38,867 bases of DNA, taken from assembly GCA_964526875.1 (NCBI GenBank), contig CAZGMV010000001.1:1-38867 (forward strand), read 5' to 3'. The position numbers were made by a program, and so were the translations under genes. This document shows, one piece after another, positions 1-7,813 of this stretch. Each line of letters opens with the position of its first letter. Position 1 is the stretch's first letter. The notes beneath the pieces are model-generated. The model was not told the DNA's origin. It searched no databases and worked only from the letters and a program-made list of their open reading frames with translations. This stretch comes from Candidatus Woesearchaeota archaeon. GTDB taxonomy: Archaea; Nanobdellota; Nanobdellia; CAZGMV01.

Positions 1-59
1 CAAACGGACTCGTTTGATCCGTACGCTGCATTCTGCCTTACGGCAGAGCAGCGTCCGAC
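1..59 (+). ncRNA. 3'-terminal fragment of an unidentified structured RNA, cut by the window edge
   Basis: GC-rich island (34 of the first 60 nt are G/C by my count) in a very AT-rich genome. Interrupted 12-bp hairpin (24-29/48-53 and 33-37/42-46, UUAC loop), with a possible closing helix 5-9/53-57. It is followed directly by T6 (60-65), the usual archaeal terminator signal. The identity (rRNA, SRP, RNase P or other) cannot be decided from 59 nt. Confidence 0.3.
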
Positions 60-63
60 TTTT

Positions 64-1191
64 TTAATTTAAAGACCATTTCCTATCAACAACATCTTGA
101 GCTAACATAACTCCACCTTCATTAGGGTTTCCATACCATAATTCCCAGACAGCTCCTTTGTCAAAACATTGTCTTGGATAATAAAGTTGAACTCCTGAAA
201 GAATTCCTTCATCTACACACTGAACATTTCCATAAATAGTTCCATCATTTCCTTTTCCTGATTTATCTTTAGCTGTACAATCATCAAAATCTAAATAAAG
301 TACTAAAGAATCATCATTAGGACAATTGCCTAAGAAACATTGTTTTATTTCTTGGTCTGATAATGCTCTGTTGTAGATTCTTACTTCGTCTATTGTTCCG
401 TTGAAATAAAACCAATTAGCTCCATTATTAAACCTTCCTATCTCGGAAAAGGTTTGTTCCCAACTACTATTATCTTTTATTATCGTTTTTAATTCGCCAT
501 CAATATAAGATCGATACAATCCATTATTGTCTTTTGTAATAATTAAAGAAATTTCATTATTAACTAAAGATTGGGATAAACTAATATAATAATCTTTTAT
601 CCATCCTATTCCAAATGCCAATGACGTATTATTGTTTATTCTAATTCTAAACCCTTTATTATCAGGAGTATCAATAACAGAAGAAGTTGTAAATACACCT
701 CCATTTGTAGATAAAGTTTTTAAATTAAATATCCAAGTAATTTCGTTATTATAAGAAGGAAAATTATTTGTTTTTGTAGCTATATAACTATTTCCATCAA
801 ACAACATTGCTTTTCCATTCTTTCCCAAAACTAAACCATTAAACTCTTTCAAACCAAAACCTCCAGTGGCTTTTCTAACTAATAAATCAGTTGGTTTTTC
901 TGCTAAGAATAATTCCATTAAATTTTTTGAGCTATTTCCACATTTTAAGTATAAATTTGGAGTGTCTTTATCATTATCCCATTGTCCAATAATATTTAAT
1001 TCCTTTATTCTTACAACATTGTTTGGATCAATTTGGACATCAAATTGAATATTTACATTGCTTGGCGGTTCTATATTCTTATTTCCTTTCTTTGCAATGT
1101 TTGCTATTCCTACTACCAGTGTAATGGAAATAATGATTAAAGAGATGTACCAAATATACTCTGGGACAGCACTTTTCCTAAAGGATTTCAT
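64..1191 (-). CDS. Pilin-like (class III signal peptide) surface protein with an internal LamG/concanavalin A-like lectin domain
   Basis: The N-terminus MKSFRKSAVPEYIWYISLIIISITLVVGI has a basic n-region followed by a hydrophobic helix. The LamG_3-type hallmark FNGTIDEVRIYNRALSDQEI and the surrounding beta-rich segment are present. It is a paralog of 19263-19838 at both termini. Confidence 0.6.
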   Translation of the reverse strand: MKSFRKSAVPEYIWYISLIIISITLVVGIANIAKKGNKNIEPPSNVNIQFDVQIDPNNVVRIKELNIIGQWDNDKDTPNLYLKCGNSSKNLMELFLAEKPTDLLVRKATGGFGLKEFNGLVLGKNGKAMLFDGNSYIATKTNNFPSYNNEITWIFNLKTLSTNGGVFTTSSVIDTPDNKGFRIRINNNTSLAFGIGWIKDYYISLSQSLVNNEISLIITKDNNGLYRSYIDGELKTIIKDNSSWEQTFSEIGRFNNGANWFYFNGTIDEVRIYNRALSDQEIKQCFLGNCPNDDSLVLYLDFDDCTAKDKSGKGNDGTIYGNVQCVDEGILSGVQLYYPRQCFDKGAVWELWYGNPNEGGVMLAQDVVDRKWSLN

Positions 1192-1314
1192 AACTAAAAA
1201 AGAATTTTTCTATTTTTAAGTGTTTTTTTTCGTTTAGTAGTAAAACCTAAGATACTACTTTGCTTAATAATTCCAAATACTTTTAAAATTTTAATGTTGT
1301 TTTAAACTAATAAA

Positions 1315-2190
1315 ATGCTAAAAGTTATTCCTGTTGCTTTTGATTCCTTTTCAACTAGAAGTATGGCAACTTTTGTCAAAACAGACCTAAATATCTTTAT
1401 AGATCCTTCAATAGCAATAGCTCCAAAACGATTTTCTTTACCACCGAGCAAAGAAGAATTAAGTGCTCTAGAAAAAGGAAAAGAAGAAATTTTAAAACTT
1501 TCTAAACAAATAGATATTTTCATTATTACTCACTACCATTGGGATCATTGTCCTAATCCAAAAGAAAAACACTTTGAGATATTCAAAAATAACGCTTTAT
1601 TTTTAACCAAGAACCCTAAAGAAAATATCAATAAATCTCAACAAGTAAGGGCAGAAAGAGTTATTAAAAAAGCTAATGAATTAAATCCTAATTTTCAATT
1701 TCAATTTACAGATGATAAGGAATTTCATTTTGGAAAAACTTGTTTAAGATTTAGTCCAGCACTTTGGCACGGTATTAGTAATACTTCTTTAGGCAAAGTA
1801 TTAGCAGTAGAAATCTCTTATAAAGATGATTCCTTAGTTTTCGCGTCTGATATTCAAGGAATCCTAACTGAAGAGACAAAAAAATGGTTGATAAACACCA
1901 ATCCTAAAATTTTAATTCTTTCAGGCCCTGCAACATATCACTATAAATGGGATAAAAAATTAACAAAAACTTCAAATGAAAATTTAATTAACTTTATGGA
2001 AAAAACAAATATAAAAAATATTGTTATAGACCACCACCTACTAAGAGATTTGAACTTTAAAGAAGAATTAAAGGATGTTTATAAATTCGGAGAGCAGTTA
2101 GGAGTAAAAGTCATTACAGCAGCTGAATTCTTAGGAAAGAAAAATCTGCAGTTGGAAGCACATAGAAAAGAACTGCTCAAAAAACTTTAA
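1315..2190 (+). CDS. Metallo-beta-lactamase-fold hydrolase (archaeal UPF0282-like)
   Basis: HxHxDH motif (ITHYHWDHC). The N-terminus VIPVAFDSFSTRSMATFVKTD...IDPSIAIAPKRFSLPP resembles the archaeal UPF0282 family as I remember it. Confidence 0.6.
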   Translation: MLKVIPVAFDSFSTRSMATFVKTDLNIFIDPSIAIAPKRFSLPPSKEELSALEKGKEEILKLSKQIDIFIITHYHWDHCPNPKEKHFEIFKNNALFLTKNPKENINKSQQVRAERVIKKANELNPNFQFQFTDDKEFHFGKTCLRFSPALWHGISNTSLGKVLAVEISYKDDSLVFASDIQGILTEETKKWLINTNPKILILSGPATYHYKWDKKLTKTSNENLINFMEKTNIKNIVIDHHLLRDLNFKEELKDVYKFGEQLGVKVITAAEFLGKKNLQLEAHRKELLKKL

Positions 2191-2502
2191 TTAGAATAAA
2201 ATGTTTATGCAATAAAAAGACAGCCATATTTAATACCATGAACATTTTGACCGTATATTGGAAATTTAGCATTTAAAAAAATTTTAAAAATACCCAACTT
2301 AAAACTTATTCACACTTCTGGCCAAATAGGTAGTGTTTGTCTTTATTGTCCTAAAGAAAAAAATTATTTTCACAAAAGATATTGTTTTTCCAGAACTTGT
2401 GGTAGAACTGATTTGCCCACAAAAAATACAAGCAATTATTAAAAATGTTGGCTAAGATTATAAAACACTAATTTTTTAAATCTTTCTATCCTACAAAAAG
2501 AT

Positions 2503-3216
2503 ATGAAAAGAGAAAAAGCGGTTTTCTTTGATTTTGACGGTGTTATAATAAATAATTTCCTTTATATTCTGAATAGTTTTAGAGAGTTTATCAAGAAAAA
2601 GGTGGGAATAGATGATATTGATGAAGAAGATAAAGAATTTTTCCTCAGCAATCCTTTAGAAAGGACGATAGTTTATCTGAAAGATAAATACGGGATAGAG
2701 ATAAAAAGAGATAAAAAAGAAGCTAGGGAATATTTGAGTAAAATCTTGTTTGAAAAAGAAAAAAGATTTCTAAAGGAATACGAGAAAGAGGAATATTTCA
2801 AAGAATTAAAAGAGTTGTTAACAAAATTAAAAGAAAGTGGTTTTTATTTGGCTATAATCTCCAATTCTTTAAAATACAGAATATTGGATACAATTAATTT
2901 TCTAAAAATAAGTTGCTTTTTTGATGAAGTGTTAGCTGCAGAAGATTTAATAGAATATAAAGGAAAAATCGGCTATTTAAAGCAAATAAAGCCAAAATTC
3001 TCGGAGATCTTTTTAATAGATGATAGTATAAAAATTATAGAGGAGTATAGAAAGTGTAATGAATGTGAAGGCATTAAAGTAATCTTTTTCTTTAATCCTA
3101 TTCGTTATAAAAAGAACATTTTAGAAGAAGCAAAGAAAGAAGAAAAAGAAAATAAAGATAATTTATTTGTTGCAGAAAATTGGAAAGAAATAGAAAAAAT
3201 ATTATTTAAATCCTAA
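2503..3216 (+). CDS. HAD-superfamily hydrolase
   Basis: Motif I FFDFDGVII (DxDG), motif II AIISNS, and a late IDDS acidic motif. Confidence 0.6.
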   Translation: MKREKAVFFDFDGVIINNFLYILNSFREFIKKKVGIDDIDEEDKEFFLSNPLERTIVYLKDKYGIEIKRDKKEAREYLSKILFEKEKRFLKEYEKEEYFKELKELLTKLKESGFYLAIISNSLKYRILDTINFLKISCFFDEVLAAEDLIEYKGKIGYLKQIKPKFSEIFLIDDSIKIIEEYRKCNECEGIKVIFFFNPIRYKKNILEEAKKEEKENKDNLFVAENWKEIEKILFKS

Positions 3217-3265
3217 TTAAAAAGTAACAAAAAATATTTATAAAAACTTAGTTGTTTGGAATTAT

Positions 3266-3526
3266 ATGCCTGAAGAAAGATTTATCAGTAAGATCCTTTA
3301 TGGTAAAACAATTATTAGTAAAGCTGGAAGAAAGTTTGGTGAAGTAGGAGATTTAATTTTTGAAGTTAAAAGTGGAGAATTACTTTATATTGTAGTAAAG
3401 AATCCAACAGAATATGTAGAACATTTAAATGTTGATAAAGATCAAGAAGGAAATCCTTTAATTCCTTTTAGTTCAGTAATTGCAATAGGAGACTTTTTGG
3501 TTGTTAATGAAGAAGAAATAATTTAA
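3266..3526 (+). CDS. PRC-barrel domain protein
   Basis: 86 aa. The pattern GKTIISKAGRKFGEVGDLIFEVKSGELLYIVV is typical of archaeal PRC-barrel proteins. Confidence 0.55.
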   Translation: MPEERFISKILYGKTIISKAGRKFGEVGDLIFEVKSGELLYIVVKNPTEYVEHLNVDKDQEGNPLIPFSSVIAIGDFLVVNEEEII

Positions 3527-3527
3527 A

Positions 3528-4172
3528 ATGATTATTGTAAATTTTAAAAATTATAATCCAACAAAACACAACATTTTTTCTTTAGCTTTTTCTATTAAAG
3601 AATTGAATGAAAGATATGGAAAAATTATTTATTTAGCTCCACCAACTATTTTCTTAAACTTAATTAAAGATGTTCCTCTAATTAGTCAAGGTGCTTATCA
3701 CTCTTTTGGAAGCAATACTGGGAAAATAAGTGTCGAAACTCTAAAAGAATTCACAAAAATTGAAGGAGTTTTATTGAATCACTCAGAAAACCAGTTATTA
3801 TTCAATGATTTAATTAAAACAATAAAGAAAACAAATGAATTAAATTTGGATGTTATTGTTTGTGCGGATAGTAAAGAAAGTGCTCTCGCCCTAAACACCT
3901 TAAATAACTCCAAAGAATTAAAAATTGATTATATAGCTTATGAACCACCAGAATTAATTGGTGGAGATGTTAGTGTATCAAAGGCAAAACCGGAAATAAT
4001 TGAAGAATTAACAAATAAGATAAACAATTTATTAGTAGGGGCTGGAATTAAGACTAAAGAAGATGTAAAAAAGGCTTTAGAATTAGGAGCAAAAGGAATT
4101 TTAGTTGCTAGTGGTGTTGTTAAAGCTGAAAATCCTTACAAAATACTAGAAGAATTCATCACTTGTTTTTAG
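3528..4172 (+). CDS. tpiA: Triosephosphate isomerase (short archaeal type)
   Basis: IIVNFKNY start, LLNHSE catalytic His region, AYEPPELIGG catalytic Glu region. The 214-aa length is typical of archaeal TIM. Confidence 0.8.
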   Translation: MIIVNFKNYNPTKHNIFSLAFSIKELNERYGKIIYLAPPTIFLNLIKDVPLISQGAYHSFGSNTGKISVETLKEFTKIEGVLLNHSENQLLFNDLIKTIKKTNELNLDVIVCADSKESALALNTLNNSKELKIDYIAYEPPELIGGDVSVSKAKPEIIEELTNKINNLLVGAGIKTKEDVKKALELGAKGILVASGVVKAENPYKILEEFITCF

Positions 4173-4176
4173 GTGG
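4171..4176 (+). promoter_or_regulatory. Shine-Dalgarno-like AGGTGG upstream of the ATG at 4181
   Basis: AGGTGG lies 4 nt upstream of the ATG and overlaps the tpiA stop codon. The same hexamer recurs at 4651-4656 and 26087-26092 in front of ATGs. Confidence 0.4.
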
Positions 4177-4180
4177 TAAA

Positions 4181-4630
4181 ATGGGAAAAAAAGAAAAAAT
4201 ATTAAAAGTAAAAAAAGAAGTTGTTAAGGATTCTATAAATGAAGTAGAAAAGAAAAAAGAAAAAGAAAATTTAGTTAAAAAAAATAAAAAAAGAAAAAGA
4301 ATTGAAATAGCTTTTGATTTTGTAATAGCAGGAATTTTAGTTTATGCATTGGTATTTTACATAATATACTCAAAAAACTTAACAAACTACTTGCTTCCAG
4401 CTTTAGTAGGAGTTATGTTTTATTTTACAGCAATATTCTTTTCCTTTACATTACACCAAATGTGTAAAGATTTAAGTATGAAAAAAAAGAAGATAATTTA
4501 TTTAATAATATACTTCTTAGTGATGATAATATTGACACCAATAACAATATTCTCTTTATTAGCAGGCTACTTTTTGTCGGATGATGATTTCTTTGAAAAA
4601 TTAAATATAAGATTCCAAAAAAGAGATTAA
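4181..4630 (+). CDS. Membrane protein with a lysine-rich N-terminal tail (hypothetical)
   Basis: ORF with an SD-preceded ATG at 4181 (the ORF track starts at TTG 4163). K/E-rich N-terminus followed by 3-4 hydrophobic helices. Confidence 0.4.
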   Translation: MGKKEKILKVKKEVVKDSINEVEKKKEKENLVKKNKKRKRIEIAFDFVIAGILVYALVFYIIYSKNLTNYLLPALVGVMFYFTAIFFSFTLHQMCKDLSMKKKKIIYLIIYFLVMIILTPITIFSLLAGYFLSDDDFFEKLNIRFQKRD

Positions 4631-4661
4631 ATTTATAATTTTTTCCTCATAGGTGGTAGCA

Positions 4662-4970
4662 ATGGATGATATAACAAAATTAACAGGTTTGCCTGAAGAA
4701 ATTTTTTTAGATGAAGAAATTAAAAAGGAAACGCAGATAGTTAAAATTAGAGTTGTAAAAAGAAAGTTTGGGAAAGAAGTAACCCTAATAGAAGGAATTG
4801 ATGAAAGAGATGTTGATATTAAATCTTTATTAAAAACATTAAAACATAAACTAGCTTGTGGAGGAAGTTACAAAGACGGAGTAATTGAATTACAAGGGAA
4901 TCATAAAGAAAGAGTTAAGGAGCTATTAATCAAAGAAGGTTTTAATCCTGATAACATTGAAATTGAATAA
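4662..4970 (+). CDS. Translation initiation factor aIF1 / SUI1
   Basis: The SUI1 core IKIRVVKRKFGKEVTLIEGI...LKHKLACGGSYKDGVIELQGNHKERVKELL is present. ATG 4662 is preceded by AGGTGG (4651-4656); the track start GTG 4653 lies inside that SD. Confidence 0.85.
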   Translation: MDDITKLTGLPEEIFLDEEIKKETQIVKIRVVKRKFGKEVTLIEGIDERDVDIKSLLKTLKHKLACGGSYKDGVIELQGNHKERVKELLIKEGFNPDNIEIE

Positions 4971-4978
4971 AATTAAAA

Positions 4979-5743
4979 ATGAATAAAAAATTCTTCTTAA
5001 TAGGACTAGGAATAAAAAAAGAAAATGTTAATGAGGAGATTCTAAATAAAATCAGAGAATCAGAAATAGTTTTTTTTGAAAAATATACTTCTTTTTTTAA
5101 AGATGAAGAGTGGTTAGTCAACAAAATAAAAGAATTAAATAAAAACATAATAATAGGAGATAGAGAAACAATAGAGCAAAAGATTAATAATTACTTAAAA
5201 AAATTCAATAAAATAAGTATTTTAGTTATAGGAGATCCTCTAACAGCAACAACCCATACGACTTTAATAATTGAAGCTAAAAAGGAAGGGTTTGAAATTG
5301 AAATAATTAACAATGTTTCTATTTTTAACTTAATAACAAGAACTGGTTTAAGTATCTATAAATTTGGAAAAACAATTTCTTTACCTTTTTTAATAAGAGA
5401 CAAAAGAATAAATTTAGAAACACCAGTAAAAGTTATTAAAGAGAACTTAAGTACTAACGCTCACACTTTACTTTTGATGGATTTAGATCCAATAAATAAA
5501 GACTACTTAAGAATGGAAGAAGCTCTAGAATACTTATTAAATAAAAGAATAAATAAAAATTTAATTATTTGCTCAAGACTTGGTTGGAAAGATGAGAAAA
5601 TTTTTTTAATTAAAGAGTTAAATCAAGAAAAAATTGAAAAAGTTAAGAACTTAAACTTAAAACCACCTTTATGTATTGTAGTATACGACCAAAACTTAAA
5701 TGAAGGAGAAAAAGAATTCCTCGAATTATTACAAACTTTATAA
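4979..5743 (+). CDS. dphB: Diphthine synthase
   Basis: Tetrapyrrole-methylase fold motifs FFLIGLGI and LVIGDPLTATTH. The length of 254 aa fits. Confidence 0.8.
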   Translation: MNKKFFLIGLGIKKENVNEEILNKIRESEIVFFEKYTSFFKDEEWLVNKIKELNKNIIIGDRETIEQKINNYLKKFNKISILVIGDPLTATTHTTLIIEAKKEGFEIEIINNVSIFNLITRTGLSIYKFGKTISLPFLIRDKRINLETPVKVIKENLSTNAHTLLLMDLDPINKDYLRMEEALEYLLNKRINKNLIICSRLGWKDEKIFLIKELNQEKIEKVKNLNLKPPLCIVVYDQNLNEGEKEFLELLQTL

Positions 5744-5763
5744 AATTTCTTAACTCTTATTAA

Positions 5764-6321
5764 GTGATGAAAAAAGAATACAAAGACTTTATTAATAGAT
5801 ATTATCCTTTTTATTTAAGATGTATTAATTTTAAATTACAAGGCCTTTTTGGAATCTTTGGAATATTTGCTAGTTGTGGGTTATATAAATTAAAAAATCG
5901 TAATCTTCCTCCAGAAGAAAAATACTTAGCTGATAAATTATGGGTAAATAATACAAAAAGTAATATAGCTTTTTTCACACTTTTTTATTTATTAAATTAT
6001 TATTTTTTAGCAAATATTTTTCCTCCAAAAACATATACAGATGTTCTAGAAAATAATAAGAAAAAAATAACTTATTTTTGTAAAGAGGGAGTTATAACTA
6101 ATGGAGACACTATAAAATACTTAATTGAAAGTTATACTTTAGGACTTTATTTTTCAAATAGAGAACTTAAAGAAAAAAAGTTTAGTGTTGTATGTGAATT
6201 GTATAAAAACAATAATGAAAACAAGGAACGTGTAATATTTAAACCCTCAGAACCTGTAGATAAAGAAAAACTAGAATATCTTTTAAGAAATTACTTAAAA
6301 AGAAAGAACATTCTTTTTTAA
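5764..6321 (+). CDS. Hypothetical membrane protein
   Basis: ORF with two predicted hydrophobic helices and no recognisable domain. Confidence 0.35.
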   Translation: MMKKEYKDFINRYYPFYLRCINFKLQGLFGIFGIFASCGLYKLKNRNLPPEEKYLADKLWVNNTKSNIAFFTLFYLLNYYFLANIFPPKTYTDVLENNKKKITYFCKEGVITNGDTIKYLIESYTLGLYFSNRELKEKKFSVVCELYKNNNENKERVIFKPSEPVDKEKLEYLLRNYLKRKNILF

Positions 6322-6324
6322 AAA

Positions 6325-6714
6325 CTATGTTTTTTCAAATTTTGTAATTAAAAATTTCTTCCCTTTCTTTATAAAAAATTCTAAGTCTTTTAAACAATAT
6401 TTCTCATTAAAAGTTTTTCTCTCAACGACAACTAACAATAATTTTACAATAAAGGTGTTTGAATTAAAGACTTTCTTAACTTTTTCAATTTTTAAATTAA
6501 CTAAACAAAATTCCCCAAGAAGTAATAAATCTTCAATCAATTTTTTGAAAATTTCTTCTAAAGAACCTTTATATTTTAAATTCTTTAAAAAGACTTTCGA
6601 ACTACCTTCATTTTCATTCAGTTCACAAACTTTTATTATACTAGCAGCCTTTAATTGCTTTAATAGACTTTCCAACAATTCTGTTAAGTTATAACCTTCA
6701 ACTTCTATTATCAT
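6325..6714 (-). CDS. Hypothetical protein
   Basis: The ORF track extends to 6783, but that extension overlaps the start of the divergent PRC-barrel gene. The internal ATG at 6714 (MIIEVEGYNL...) is the more plausible start. No domain recognised. Confidence 0.3.
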   Translation of the reverse strand: MIIEVEGYNLTELLESLLKQLKAASIIKVCELNENEGSSKVFLKNLKYKGSLEEIFKKLIEDLLLLGEFCLVNLKIEKVKKVFNSNTFIVKLLLVVVERKTFNEKYCLKDLEFFIKKGKKFLITKFEKT

Positions 6715-6770
6715 AGTATCAATAAGAAAGGAGTAACTAAAATTTATAAAAATAATAGGAATTATTTTAA

Positions 6771-7043
6771 ATGTTAAAAACAAAGAAAATTAGTGAAGTT
6801 TTTGGCAAACTTGTTTATACTGACGAAGGCCAATTATTTGGCAAAGTCGAAGAAGCTATTTTAACAATGGGAAAAGTTTATGGATGGGCTGTTGTTTCTG
6901 TTGAAGGTTCTTACTTAGAAAAAATTATTAGTGGGACAAAAAAAGGAGTAATTGTACCTCATAATTTAGTTAGAGCCGTTGGAGACATAGTTATTATTTC
7001 AAAAACTGCTTTAAAAATGGAAGGAGAAGAAGATTATGAATAA
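6771..7043 (+). CDS. PRC-barrel domain protein
   Basis: The pattern GKLVYTDEGQLFGKVEEAIL...VPHNLVRAVGDIVII fits a PRC barrel. It is the second such gene in the window. Confidence 0.55.
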   Translation: MLKTKKISEVFGKLVYTDEGQLFGKVEEAILTMGKVYGWAVVSVEGSYLEKIISGTKKGVIVPHNLVRAVGDIVIISKTALKMEGEEDYE

Positions 7044-7083
7044 TTCTATTTAATTTTTTAAATTTTAATTTATATTTTCTTAA

Positions 7084-7136
7084 ATGATGAAGTAAACCCC
7101 GGCTGAAAAAAATGATGATAAAGGGGTAACTGCTGA
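7084..7136 (+). ncRNA. C/D box sRNA (2'-O-methylation guide)
   Basis: C box ATGATGA (7084-7090), 12-nt guide AGTAAACCCCGG, D' box CTGA (7103-7106), 5-nt loop, C' box ATGATGA (7112-7118), 14-nt guide TAAAGGGGTAACTG, D box CTGA (7133-7136), then T6. It lies in an ORF-free spacer. Confidence 0.7.
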
Positions 7137-7140
7137 TTTT
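7109..7140 (+). repeat. Direct repeat copy 1 (32 nt, 3' half of the C/D sRNA)
   Basis: AAAATGATGATAAAGGGGTAACTGCTGATTTT matches 8281-8312 at 31 of 32 positions. The single difference is G7126 versus A8298. Confidence 0.85.
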
Positions 7141-7142
7141 TT
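7137..7142 (+). terminator. Oligo-T terminator of the C/D sRNA
   Basis: T6 lies immediately after the D box. Confidence 0.5.
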
Positions 7143-7193
7143 AAGTTTTCAATTTGTTTATAAAAGTTTATTTTTAGAAATAATCAAGCTAAA

Positions 7194-7763
7194 TTATTCT
7201 AGTATCCTTAATTTTTTCATTTTTTCTAAGATTTCTTTTTTATATTCGCAGTAGAAAGTTTTGCAATTATTTAATATCTCAAGTAATAAATTTTTATCCA
7301 ACTTATTTAAAAGAAATTCTATATCTTTTTTATCCCTTTCATTAAATCTTATCAACTTATTCAAGAAAATAATTTCATCCACTAATTTTGGAATAATAAC
7401 ATCTCTAAATCTAATTTCTTCTATATAAAAGCAGTTAAATGGTCTAAAATCTATTTTAAGTTTTGTAATTTGATTACTTCTATTTAAAATCTCTAACTCA
7501 AACATATTTTTGTGTATAATCTTGTCTCTATAATCTAAGGCTACCTCATCTATCAAATTACTTAAGAAACTCCTAATAGTTTTTGTTTTCACTGTTGGAA
7601 GATATTTTAAATCAATGTCATAGGAAGGCCTATGCCAGTATTTCAACATTAAAGAAGTACCTCCTTCTAATGCAAGATTTTCTCTTAAATTAGAACTAAA
7701 TATCTTGATTATCAACTTTTCAATTATTTCAGAATGTGGAGAAGGAAGATATTTTTTAAGCAT
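7194..7763 (-). CDS. AbiEii/DUF1814-like nucleotidyltransferase (type IV toxin-like), short form
   Basis: Pol-beta NTase signature LALEGGTSLMLKYWHRPSYDIDL (GG/S...DxD). The C-terminal LNKLIRFNERDKKDIEFLL resembles the AbiEii K..R..RD..D motif. Confidence 0.5.
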   Translation of the reverse strand: MLKKYLPSPHSEIIEKLIIKIFSSNLRENLALEGGTSLMLKYWHRPSYDIDLKYLPTVKTKTIRSFLSNLIDEVALDYRDKIIHKNMFELEILNRSNQITKLKIDFRPFNCFYIEEIRFRDVIIPKLVDEIIFLNKLIRFNERDKKDIEFLLNKLDKNLLLEILNNCKTFYCEYKKEILEKMKKLRILE

Positions 7764-7784
7764 TAAAATTAAATCTAAATCAAA

Positions 7785-7792
7785 TTTATAAA
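7785..7792. promoter_or_regulatory. Shared palindromic TATA box TTTATAAA for divergent genes 7763(-) and 7814(+)
   Basis: The octamer centre lies 25.5 nt from both start codons in a 50-nt spacer. Confidence 0.55.
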
Positions 7793-7813
7793 ATTAAATT
7801 TCTTAAATAATAA

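Noticed and set aside
4190-4300. Repetitive AAAGAAAAA-type sequence that at first glance looks like a tandem repeat or array.
   Set aside because: It is in frame and encodes the K/E-rich N-terminal tail of the membrane protein 4181-4630. There is no regular repeat-spacer periodicity. No CRISPR-like array exists anywhere in the window.
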